From Eledone cirrhosa (taxonomy: Eukaryota), in contig OZ024740.1 of assembly GCA_964016885.1 (NCBI GenBank), positions 5,332,001 through 5,396,000 on the forward strand: a DNA stretch of 64,000 nt, written 5' to 3'. Made by a program: the position numbers and the translations under genes. Below the pieces are notes generated by a model. The model was not told the origin of the DNA and did no database searches. It saw only the letters and a program-made list of their open reading frames with translations. Positions 24,250 to 36,800 of the stretch are shown here, one piece after another (within the stretch, counting starts at the first letter, position 1; each line of letters begins with the position of its first letter).

Positions 24250-26878
24250 TCATCATCATCATCATCATCATCATCATCGTTTAACGTCCATTTTCCACGC
24301 TAGCATCGGTTAGACGGGAGTTGTCCCACTTGAGGCAAGGTTGGTCGGGTGACCATGTCTCGCTCATATAGGATTATCTGGCAGGTTTTCTACGGTTGGA
24401 TGCCCTTCTTAACACCAACCACATTTACAGTGTGGACTGGGAACATTTTACCGTGTTACCTACACGGCCACATTACAGCGTGGACTGTGTGTTTTTTCTC
24501 GTGACACCTACACGACCTCGATCTCATTATCTCATTTATTTGGACTGGATGTTGTGGTACCAAATTTACAGAGAGAGGGTGGTGATGGTGGGAGTGGTAG
24601 GGTAGGGGTAGTGGATTGGGGTGTATATTTGGTTAAGAGGTGCCTACTGACTGTAGGTTTCGCTTTGTACATAGGCAAGGTGGGTCTTCTGTATTACTGT
24701 GTAGCGCCAAAGATCTCGGTCCAGTGACATTGTCTTAGAGAGGTGCAAGTGTGTAAGGTCGGAATTTATTAGATCGTCCCAGGTTTTTCTGGGTCTACCT
24801 ACTCTGTAACTAACATCAATTTTGATCGCCTTGCACTTTTTTATACAGTTTTCGTCTTTCATGCGCATCATGTGGCCATACCAAAGTAGTCTTCTCTTAA
24901 GTAAACAGCATCTGATACCTCTTATTCCTAATTTCTCACTTAGTTCATTTATGCTTTGCCGTTCACGTATATTACTATTACATATCCAACGGAGCATGCA
25001 AGCTTCGTTCCTTTCCAGTCTGCGCAAGTCCTCTGCACGTAATGCCCATGTCTCAATGCCATGTAGCATTGCTGTTCGTATACAAGCATCATACAATCTG
25101 CCTTTCATTTTTAGAGAGAAACCTTTTGTGGCCAACAGCGGTATAAGCTCTCTGAACTTTTTCCATCCCGTTCTGACTCTGGCTACTGTACTTTCAGAAC
25201 ACCCTCCACCACTGCTGATTTCATCACCCAGGTAACGGAAAGTGTCTACTATTTCTATAGAACCATCTGGGCAATAGAAGGAGCTAGTATTCTGTGGGCA
25301 CTTGCTGCTACTTATTGCACCTGAGCACCAGCCACATATAAAATCTATGTTCTTAGTTACCTTACCTGTGATCCCACTACACCTTTTGACATTGTCTTAG
25401 AGAGGTGCAAGTGTGTAAGGTCGGAATTTATTAGATCGTCCCAGGTTTTTCTGGGTCTACCTACTCCGTAACTACCATCAATTTTGATCGCCTTGCACTT
25501 TTTTATACAGCTGTCATCTTTCATGTGCCTCACGTGACCGTACCAATGTAGTCATCTCTCGAGTAAACAGCATCTGATCCTTCTTATTCCTAATTTCTCA
25601 CTTAGTTCATTTATGCTTTGCTGTTCACGTATATTACTATTACACATCCAACGGAGGATGCAAGCTTCGTTCCTCTCCAGTCTGTGTATATCCTCTGCAC
25701 ACAATGCCAAAGTCTCAATGTCATGTAACATTGCTGTTCGTATGCAGGCATCATACAGTCTGCCTTTCATTTTTAGAGAGAAACCTTTAGCAGCCAATAG
25801 TGATATAAGCTCTCTGAATTTTTTCCATCCTGTTCTGACTCTGGCTACTGTACTTTCAGAACACCCTCCAACACTGCTGATTTTGTCACCCAGGTAACGG
25901 AAGGTGTCCATTATTTCTATAGAACCATCTGGGCAATAGAAGGAGCTAGTATTCTGTGGGCACTTGCTGCTACTTATTGCACCTGAGCACCAGCCACATA
26001 TAAAATCTATGTTCTTAGTTACCTTACCTGTGATCCCACTACATCTTTTATGTACCTCTACTTTGCATTTGGGACATAAAATGGAGTTTCTGCCTACTCC
26101 TTTCCTACACACTGAACATGGCCATTTCCCTGAGGGCACCTGTGCCCTATTTTCCTTTCTACAAACTAGAACTTTAGTCTTAGACAAGTTAACTTTAAGG
26201 CCTTTTGATTCTAGGCCATGCTTCCATGTTTCGACTTTCTTCTCTAGTTCAGCCATTGATTCAGCTATGAGCGTTAGATCATCTGCGTATAGGAGTTCCC
26301 ATGGGCAGCCGGTCTTGAACTCCTCTGTTATAGCCTGAAGGGTAATAATAAATAGGAGGAGGCTAAGGACAGAGGCTTGATGAACGCCAACTTTTACACT
26401 AAATTCTTCACAATATTCATTGTTAATTCTAACCTTACTGACTGTTTCATTATACATAGCTTGTATAGCTCTCACAAGCTATTTATCAACACCTGGTTTT
26501 CTAAGAGCCCACCAGATAATGGAGTGGGGGACTCTGTCGAAGGCTTTCTCCAGGTCTACAAAGGCTAAGTAGAGGGGTTTACTTTTAGCTAGGTACTTCT
26601 CTTGTAGTTGTCGTACAAGGAAAAAAGCGTCTGTGGTACTTTTACCTGACACAAACCCAAACTGCATTCCATCTAGATCAATTCGCTCTCTGATTTGTTG
26701 CGCTATAACTCTTTCTGTGACCTTCATGACCTGGCAAACTAACTTAATGCCTCTATAGTTTCCCCTATCTAGAGCATCCCCTTTACCCTTGTATCAGTTA
26801 ATGATGATGCTGCTACGCCTGTCTTTCAGTATGACCCCATTCTGTATTACTTGGTTAACTATACGGGTGACCGTATAG
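24250..26878 (-). mobile_element. RTE LINE (subfamily A) with internal 662-bp duplication; RT disrupted
   Basis: FVDLEKAFDRVP; HQASVLSLLLF; LLYADDL; PHD-like Cys insert; (CAT)n tail at 24250. 24726-25387 is repeated at 25388-~26047. Confidence 0.92.
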
Positions 26879-26906
26879 TTGAAAAATGTTGTCTACTATA
26901 TATATA

Positions 26907-27278
26907 TAGTAGAACCTCACAGTATGAGTGCCCAGTTGTAGGAGTAATTTGCTGCACGAGCTGAGGCTCATGCCTATTTTTGTCTTGTAGTACAAGTGGA
27001 AATCCGCAGTATGAGTTTCATATAATAAATAAAACCAGTTTACATATTTTTTTGGCATTCTCTTTTATTATGTTTTTATAATTATCATTTTCCTTGTAAC
27101 TGCACCTTTTCTGTTTTAAAACCCATAAAAAATTTCTTTGGGGTCGTTTTGTGGGGCTGGTACGGATTATTTATATCCTAATTAATTTCAATTGTGGAAA
27201 ATTGATTTGTAAAACAAATAAATCGTAAAACAAAATCAGTGATATCCTGAATTAAACTCGTACTGTGAGGTATTACTG
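26907..27278. mobile_element. Tigger-type MITE (~370 bp)
   Basis: TIRs tagtagaacctcacagtatgagt / actcgtactgtgaggtattactg (19/23 match), TA flanks. Confidence 0.7.
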
Positions 27279-27717
27279 TACATAGGTAGAGAGGAATTCC
27301 CTATATCAGATACCTTCTTTGAAGAATAACTAATGTGTGAATAAGAAGCACAGCGTTGCCTTCTTTGATAAATACTTCTACTCTACTTCTCACTGTGACA
27401 TTTCAACTAAATAAATACTAACTAGGCCTCTCTACTTGTGATTAAAGTTGATTAATATAACTTGCTTCATAATTTTATAATTACATTATATCTTGATTAA
27501 TTAAAATTGTTTCTTAAATTTTATCAAAACTATTGATCACAATATGTGATATCAATTGTATGAGGTTATCTAAAATGATTGAAATCTTGGAGAGTGTGAC
27601 AATGACATTGAGGATCTTCAGATTATCTCATCTTGGCAATCATCTTCATTTGTGGCACCATCATTACTGTTAGAAATAGCATATCAAGATAATAATTCTG
27701 TTTCTGCAATGTTATAG

Positions 27718-27782
27718 GTAAAGCACTGATCCATTTAAAGACCAATTTTTCGGCAATGTTTCTTCAGTGCTAACCAAGGTAT

Positions 27783-27840
<58 letters not shown>

Positions 27841-27964
27841 GAGAGTGCTAACCAAGGTATTATTCTCTCTTTCCCTCTCTCCCTCCCCCTCTCTCTAGTA
27901 ATACCTTGGTTAGCCATCTAGACACATTCCTAAAAATTGGTCTTTAAATAAATCAGTGTTTTAC
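27718..27964. mobile_element. Foldback MITE-like element with internal (CT)n
   Basis: cactgat..tttaaagaccaattttt / aaaaattggtctttaaa..atcagtg and gctaaccaaggtatta / taataccttggttagc inverted pairs. Confidence 0.65.
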
Positions 27965-27966
27965 AA

Positions 27967-28248
<282 letters not shown>

Positions 28249-28358
28249 GACAGAGAAGGAATCCCTAGAACAATCTAGAATACAATACAATTGAACATTC
28301 CCTCAGAAGAGAAAATGATTTAATGAGTATTTATAGAATTTCATATTAACTAGATATT

Positions 28359-28769
28359 GGTAGTAATGGTGGTAGTGGTGGTGGTGGTGGTGGTGGTGGT
28401 GGTGGTGGTGGTGGTGGTAGTGGTGGTGGTAATGGTGGTGGTGGTGTGGTGTTGGTGGTGGTGGCGGTGGGGGTGATGATGGTGGTGGTGGTGGTGGTGG
28501 TGTTGGTGGTGGTGGTGGTGGTGGTAATGGTGGTGGTGGTGTGGTGTTGGTGGTGGTGGCGGTGGGGGTGGTCGTGGTGGTGGTGGTGGTGGTGCGGTGG
28601 TGGTGGTGGTGTTGGTGGTGTGGTGGTGGTGGTGGTGGTGTTGGTGGTGGTGGTGGTGGTGGTGATGATGGTGGTAGTGTGGTGGTGGTGGTGGTAATGG
28701 TGGTGGTGGTGGGGGTGATGATGGTGGTGGTGGTGGTGGTGGTGGTGGTGGTGGTGGTGATGATGATGG

Positions 28770-28800
<31 letters not shown>

Positions 28801-29689
28801 GGTGGTGGTGGTGGTGTGGCGGTGGTGGCGGTGGTGTTGGTGGTGGTGGTGGTGGTGGTGATGATGGTGGTGGTGTGGTGTTGGTGGTGGTGGTGTGGTG
28901 TTGGTGGTGGTGGCGGTGGGGGTGATGATGGTGGTGCTGTGGTGTTGGTGGCGGTGGTGCAGTGGTGTTGTGGTGGTGTTGGTGGTGGTGGTGATGATGG
29001 TGGTGGTGTGGTGTTGGTGGTGGTGGCGGTGGGGGTGATGATGGTGGTGGTGTGGTGTTGGTAGTGGTGGTGTGGTGGTGCTGTGGTGGTGGTGGTGATA
29101 GTGTGGTGGTGGTGTTGGTGTGGTGGTGATAGTGTGGTGGTGGTGTTGGTATGGTGGTGGTAGTATGGTGGTGGTGGTGATGATGGTGGTGGTGTTGGTG
29201 GTGGTGGTGGTGATGGTGGTGTTGGTGGTGGTGGTGTGGTGTTGGTGTTGATGTGGTGTTGGTGGTGTGGTGTTGGTGGTGGTGTGGTGTTGGTGGTGGT
29301 GGTGTGGTGTTGGTGGTGGTGGTGTGGTGTTGGTGGTGGTGTGGTGTTGGTGGTGGTGGTTTGGTGTTGGTGGTGTTGTGGTGTTGGTGGTGGTGTGGTG
29401 TTGGTGGTGGTGGTGTGGTGTTGGTGGTGGTGTGGTGTTGGTGGTGGTGGTGTGGTGTTGGTGGTGGTGGTGTGGTGTTGGTGGTGGTGTGGTGTTGGTG
29501 GTGGTGGTGTGGTGTTGGTGGTGGTGGTGTGGTGTTGGTGGTGGTGTGGTGTTGGTGGTGGTGGTGTGGTGTTGGTGGTGGTGTGGTGTTGGTGGTGGTG
29601 GTGTGGTGTTGGTGGTGGTGGTGTGGTGTTGGTGGTGGTGGTGTGGTGTTGGTGGTGGTGTGGTGTTGGTGGTGTGGTGTTGGTGGTGT
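28359..29689. repeat. 1.3-kb (GGT)n-derived tract with gtggtgttg variants
   Basis: Direct reading; source of the spurious Pro/His/Thr ORFs. Confidence 0.95.
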
Positions 29690-29872
29690 GAGACTTACAT
29701 ATGGCAGCAGAAGAGGAAACAAATGGTCTCAACTTGAAACCATGTTTCACCAGAAATAGAACAGATTGACCAACAGACAGACAGACAGTTATACTGTTGT
29801 TTCTATCTAGCAGCTCTGTAATACTGCAGATATCTACTTTATTCTCCACCTCTCTCTCTCTCTCTTTCTCTC

Positions 29873-29908
<36 letters not shown>

Positions 29909-30003
29909 ACTCTCTATCTCTCTCTGTCTCTGTCATTGTATCCTCATTTCTACCTAGCTACCTACCTACCTATCTATCTATTCATTCATCCACACAGTCA
30001 CCC

Positions 30004-30058
<55 letters not shown>

Positions 30059-30060
<2 letters not shown>

Positions 30061-30252
30061 GCCACAAGGGTGCACAAGAAAAGGGGACAATAGAAAGACA
30101 CATGCCGAGAATTTTACATACAGTCGTGTAAAAAAAAATATAAAATTGTTTCTTTGTTTTATATTTTTTTTTTACACGGCTGTATTTAAAATCCCTGGCA
30201 TATGTGTTTGTATTGTCCCCTTTTCTTGTGCGCCCTTGTGGCAAATAAAGAA
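30059..30252. mobile_element. Head-to-head pair of Tx1-like LINE 3' ends inside (TATC)n
   Basis: ttgccacaagggtgcacaagaaaaggggacaata is the reverse complement (1 mismatch) of tattgtccccttttcttgtgcgcccttgtggcaa; resembles the 3' end at 51281-51324. Confidence 0.75.
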
Positions 30253-30266
30253 ATCTATCTATCTAT

Positions 30267-30416
30267 GAGAACAAGGGCGATGAGATAAGCAATTTCAGGG
30301 CCATAACTCTGCTCAACACAGAGTTAAAGATATTGGCCAAGGTGTTAGCAGCGAGGCTGGCGCTTGTCGTCGAGAACCTGGTGGGGGAAACACAAATGTG
30401 GCAAATAAAGAAAGAT
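30267..30416 (+). mobile_element. Tx1/L1 RT N-terminal fragment fused directly to the element 3' tail
   Basis: NKGDEISNFRAITLLNTELKILAKVLAARL..LVGETQ followed by gtggcaaataaagaaagatatct. Confidence 0.75.
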
Positions 30417-30605
30417 ATCTATCTATCTAATTATAGTAAGGAATATAAATGTGAGCCCTTCCTCCTTAAAAATAAGACTAGTGGAGCAACATAAACCCCT
30501 AATCGATGAGAAGACAGAGAAATCAGAGGTGGGTGATATTTTGTGGAAGAAAAAAAGGAAACATAGGAAAACATCTAGACTGGGAATCCCCTTGGAATAT
30601 AAGAC

Positions 30606-30819
30606 AACCCTTTACCATTTACATTACTCTATATATGCTATTGTATTTTTATGGTAAAGGTTTTATCTTACATAATATCGAATGATTGAGATTTTGATGG
30701 TATTTATTTTGAGAACCATATCTTAACATAAGTATGAGCAGCCAGTTACAACCAGTTTGAATAGAAAGAGCTGACAGAATTCTGGCCGGATATGGTCAGA
30801 TTAAATGCTAAAGGGTTAA
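30606..30819. mobile_element. piggyBac-type MITE
   Basis: aaccctttaccatt ... aatgctaaagggTTAA; internal match to 3485-3926. Confidence 0.7.
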
Positions 30820-30851
30820 TGGTATCAGAGAATATCTTTAGTTTTGATGAC

Positions 30852-33800
30852 TTCTTCAGTAGGCCTAGCATAAATATAAACACCACACGTCTTCAGTTGG
30901 ACTAGCATAGATATAACTACCACATGTCATCAGTAGGCCTAGCATAAATATAAACACCACATGTCTTCAATTCGACTAGCATAGATATAACTACCACATG
31001 TCATCAGTAGGCCTAGCATAAATATAAGTACCACATGTCTAAAGTGGCCTAGCATAGATATAACTAGCACATGTCTTCAGTAGGCCTAGCATAAATATAA
31101 ACACCACATGTCTTCAGTAGGCATAGCATAGATATAACTACCACATGTTTTCAGTAGGCCTAGCATAGATATAACCCAAACATGTCTTCAGTCGGCCTAG
31201 CATAAATATAAACACCACTTGTCTTCAGTTGGACTAGCATAGATATAACTACCACATGTCTTCAGTAGGCCTAGCATAGATATAACTACCACATGTCTTC
31301 AGCAGGCCTAGCATAGATATAACTACCACATGTCTTCAGTAGGCCTAGCATAAATATAAACACCACATGTCTTCAGTAGGCCTAGCATAGATATAACTAC
31401 CACATGTCTTCAGTAGGCCTAGCATAGATATAAACACCACATGTCTTCAGTAGGCCTTGCATAGATATAACTACCACATGTCTTAAGTAGGCCTAGCATA
31501 GATATAAACACCACATGTCTTCAGTTGGACTAGTGTAGATATAACTACCACATGTCTTCAGTAGGCCTAGCATAGATATAAACACCACATGTCTTCAGTA
31601 GGCCTAGCATAGATATAACTACCACATGTCTTCAGTAGGCCTAGCATAGATATAATTACCACTTGTCTTCAGTAGGCCTTGCATAGATATAACTACCACA
31701 TGTCTTCAGTAGGCCTAGCATAGATATAACTACCACATGTCTTCAGTAGGCCTAGCATAGATATAACTATCACATGTCTTCAGTAGGCCTAGCATAGATA
31801 TAAACACCACATGTCTTCAGTAGGCCTTGCATAGATATAACTACCACATGTCTTCAGTAGGCCTTGCATAAATATAAATACCACATGTCTTCAGTAGGCC
31901 TTGCATAGATATAACTACCACATGTCTTCAGTTGGACTAGTGTAGATATAACTACCACATGTCTTCAGTAGGCCTAGCATAGATATAAACACCACATGTC
32001 TTCAGTTGGACTAGTGTAGATATAACTACCACATGTCTTCAGTAGGCCTAGCATAGATATAAACACCACATGTCTTCAGTTGGATTAGTGTAGATATAAC
32101 TACCACATGTCTTCAGTAGGCCTAGCATAGGTATAACTACCACATGTCTTCAGTAAGCCTAGCATAGATATAACTACCACATGTCTTCAGTAGGCCTAGC
32201 ATAAATATAAATACCACATGTCTTCAGTAGGCCTAGCATAGATATAAGTACCACATGTCTTCAGTAGGCCTAGCATAGATATAAACACCACATCTCTTCA
32301 GTAGGCCTAGCATAGATATAACTACCACATTTCTTCAGTAGGCCTACCATAGATATAACTACCACATGTCTTCAGTAGGCCTAGCATAGATATAAACACC
32401 ACATGCCTTCAGATAGACTAGTGTAGATATAACTACCACATGTCTTCAGTAGGCCTAGCATAGATATAACTACCACATGTCTTCAGTAGGCCTAGCATAG
32501 ATATAAACACCACATGTCTTAGGTTGGACTAGTGTAGATATAACTACCACATGTCTTCAGTAAGCCTAGCATAAATATAAACATCACATGTCTTCAATAG
32601 GCCTAGCATAAATATAACTACCACATGTCTTCAGAGGGCCTAGCATAGATATAAACACCACATGTCTTCAGTAGGCCTAGCATAGATATAAACACCACAT
32701 GTCTTCAGTAGACCTAGCATAGATATAACTACCACATGTCTTCAGTAGGCCTAGCATAGATATAACTACCACATGTCTTCAGTAAGCCTAGCATAGATAT
32801 AAATACCACATGTCTTCAGTAGGCCTAGCATAGATATAAACACCACATGTCCTCAGTAGGCCTAGCATAGATATAACTACCACATGTCTTCAGTAGGCCT
32901 AGCATAGATATAACTACCACATGTCTTCAGTAGGACTAGCATAGATATAACTACCACATGTCTTCAGTAGCCCTAGCATAGATATAAACACCACATGTCT
33001 TCAGTAGCCCTAGCATAGATATAAGCACCACATGTCTTCAGTTGGACTAGTGTAGACATAACTACCACATGTCTTCAGTAGGCCTTGCATAGATATAACT
33101 ACCACATGTCTTCAGTAGGCCTAGCATAGATATAAATACCACATGTCTTCAGTAGCCCTAGCATAGATATAAACACCACATGTCTTCAGTAGGCCTTGCA
33201 TAGATATAACTACCACATGTCTTCAGTAGGCCTTGCATAGATATAACTACCACATGTCTTCAGTAGGCCTAGCATAGATATAAACACCACATGTCTTCAG
33301 TAGCCCTAGCATAGATATAAACACCACATGTCTTCAGTAGCCCTAGCATAGATATAAACACCACATGTCTTCAGTTGGACTAGGTTAGATATAACTACCA
33401 CATGTCTTCAGCAGGCCTAGCATAGATATAAACACCACATGTCTTCAGTAGGCCTAGCATAGATATAACTACCACATGTCTTCAGCAGGCCTAGCATAGA
33501 TATAAACACCATATGTCTTCAGTAGGCCTAGCATAGATATAACTACCACATGTCTTCAGTAGGCCTTGCATAGATATAACTACCACATGTCTTCAGTAGG
33601 ACTAGCATAGATATAACTACCACATGTCTTCATTAGGCCTAGCATAGATATAACTACCACATGTCTTCAGCAGGCCTAGCATAGATATAACTACCACATG
33701 TCTTCAGTAGGCCTAGCATAGATATAACTACCACATGTCTTCAGTGTGCCTAGCATAGATATAACTACCACATGTCTTCAGTAGACCTAGCATAGATATA

Positions 33801-36800
33801 ACTACCACATGTCTTCAGTAGCCCTAGCATAGATATAAACACCACATGTCTTCATTAGCCCTAGCATAGATATAAACACCACATGTCTTCAGTTGCACTA
33901 GGGTAGCTATAACTACCACATGTCTTCAGTAGGCCAAGCATAGATATAACTACCACATGTCTTCAGCAGGCCTAGCATAGATATAAACACCACATGTCTT
34001 CAGTAGGCCTAGCATAGATATAACTACCACATGTCTTCAGTAGGCCTAGCATAGATATAAACACCACATGTCTTCAGTAGCCCTAGCATAGATATAAACA
34101 CCACATGTCTTCAGTTGGACTAGGTTAGATATAACTACCACATATGTTCAGTAGGCCTACCATAGATATAAACACCACATGTCTTCAGTAGGCCTAGCAT
34201 AGAAATAACTACCACATGTCTTCAGTTGGACTAGGGTAGATATAACTACCACATGTCTTCAGCAGGCCTAGCATAGATATAAGTACCACATGTCTTCAGC
34301 AGGCCTAGCATAGATATAAACACCACATGTCTTCAGTAGGCCTTGCATAGATATAACTACCACATGTCTTCAGCAGGCCTAGCATAGATATAAACACCAC
34401 ATGTCTTCATTAGCCCTAGCATAGATATAAACACCACATGTCTTCAGTTGGACTAGGGTAGATATAACTACCACATGTCTTCAGTAGGCCTGGCATAGAC
34501 ATAACTACCACATGTCTTCAGCAGGCCTAGCATAGATATAAACACCACATGTCTTCAGTAGGCCTAGCATAGATATAACTATCACATGTTTTCAGTAGGC
34601 CTAGCATAGATATAACTACCACATGTCTTCAGTAGGCCTAGCATAGATATAACTACCACATGTCTTCAGTAGGCCTAGCATAGATATAAACACCACATGT
34701 CTTCAGTTGGACTAGTGTAGATATAACTACCACATGTCTTCAGTAGGCCTAGCATAGATATAACTACCACATGTCTTCCGTAGCCCTAGCATAGATATAA
34801 ACACCACATGTTTCAGTAGCCCTAGCATAGATATAAACACCACATGTCTTCAGTAGGCCTAGCATAGATATAACTACCACATGTCTTCAGTAGGCCTAGC
34901 ATAGATATAAACACCACATGTCTTCAGTAGCCCTAGCATAGATATAAACACCACATGTCTTTAGTAGCCCTAGCATAGATATAAACACCACATGTCTTCA
35001 GTTGGACTAGGGTAGATATAACTACCACATGTCTTCAGCAGGCCTAGCATAGATATAAACACCACATGTCTTCAGTAGGCCTAGCATAGATATAACTACC
35101 ACATGTCTTCAGCAGGCCTAGCATAGATATAACTACCACATGTCTTCAGTAGGCCTAGCATAGATATAAACACCACATGTCCTCAGTAGGCTTGGCATAG
35201 ATATAACTACCACATGTCTTCAGTAGGCCTAGCATAGATATAACTACCACATGTCTTCAGTAGGCCTAGCATAGATATAACTACCACATGTCTTCAGTAG
35301 GCCTACCATAGATATAAACACCACATGTCTTCAGTAGGCCTAGCATAGATATAACTACCACATGTCTTCAGTAGCCCTAGCATAGATATAAACACCACAT
35401 GTCTTCAGTAGCCCTAGCATAGATATAAACACCACATGTCTTCAGTTGGACTAGTGTAGACATAACTACCACATGTCTTCAGTAGGCCTTGCATAGATAT
35501 AACTACCACATATCTTCAGTAGGCCTAGCATAGATATAAACACCACATGTCTTCAGTAGCCCTAGCATAGATATAAACACCACATGTCTTCAGTAGGCCT
35601 TGCATAGATATAACTACCACATGTCTTCAGTAGGCCTTGCATAGATATAACTACCACATTTCTTCAGTAGGCCTAGCATAGATATAAACACCGAATGTCT
35701 TCAGTAGCCCTAGCATAGATATAAACACCACATGTCTTCAGTAGCCCTAGCATAGATATAAACACCACATGTCTTCAGATGGACTAGTGTAGATATAACT
35801 ACCACATGTCTTCAGTAGGCCTAGCATAGATATAACTACCACATGTCTTCAGTAGGCCTAGCATAGATATAAACACCACATGTCTTAGGTTGGACTAGTG
35901 TAGATATAACTACCACATGTCTTCAGTAAGCCTAGCATAAATATAAACATCACATGTCTTCAATAGGCCTAGCATAAATATAACTACCACATGTCTTCAG
36001 AGGGCCTAGCATAGATATAAACACCACATGTCTTCAGTAGGCCTAGCATAGATATAAACACCACATGTCTTCAGTAGACCTAGCATAGATATAACTACCA
36101 CATGTCTTCAGTAGGCCTAGCATAGATATAACTACCACATGTCTTCAGTAAGCCTAGCATAGATATAAACACCACATGTCTTCAGTAGGCCTAGCATAGA
36201 TATAAACACCACATGTCCTCAGTAGGCCTAGCATAGATATAACTACCACATGTCTTCAGTAGGCCTAGCATAGATATAACTACCACATGTCTTCAGTAGG
36301 ACTAGCATAGATATAACTACCACATGTCTTCAGTAGCCCTAGCATAGATATAAACACCACATGTCTTCAGTAGCCCTAGCATAGATATAAGCACCACATG
36401 TCTTCAGTTGGACTAGTGTAGACATAACTACCACATGTCTTCAGTAGGCCTTGCATAGATATAACTACCACATGTCTTCAGTAGGCCTAGCATAGATATA
36501 AATACCACATGTCTTCAGTAGCCCTAGCATAGATATAAACACCACATGTCTTCAGTAGGCCTTGCATAGATATAACTACCACATGTCTTCAGTAGGCCTT
36601 GAATAGATATAACTACCACATGTCTTCAGTAGGCCTAGCATAGATATAAACACCACATGTCTTCAGTAGCCCTAGCATAGATATAAACACCACATGTCTT
36701 CAGTAGCCCTAGCATAGATATAAACACCACATGTCTTCAGTTGGACTAGGTTAGATATAACTACCACATGTCTTCAGCAGGCCTAGCATAGATATAAACA

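Noticed and set aside
16155-27278. Single 11-kb Tigger bounded by 16155 and 27278
   Set aside because: The 27278 TIR pairs much better with 26907, defining a separate MITE.
28346-29876. 458/508-aa Pro/His/Thr ORFs (extensin or mucin-like)
   Set aside because: Stop-free (GGT)n tract open in several frames; no coding signal.
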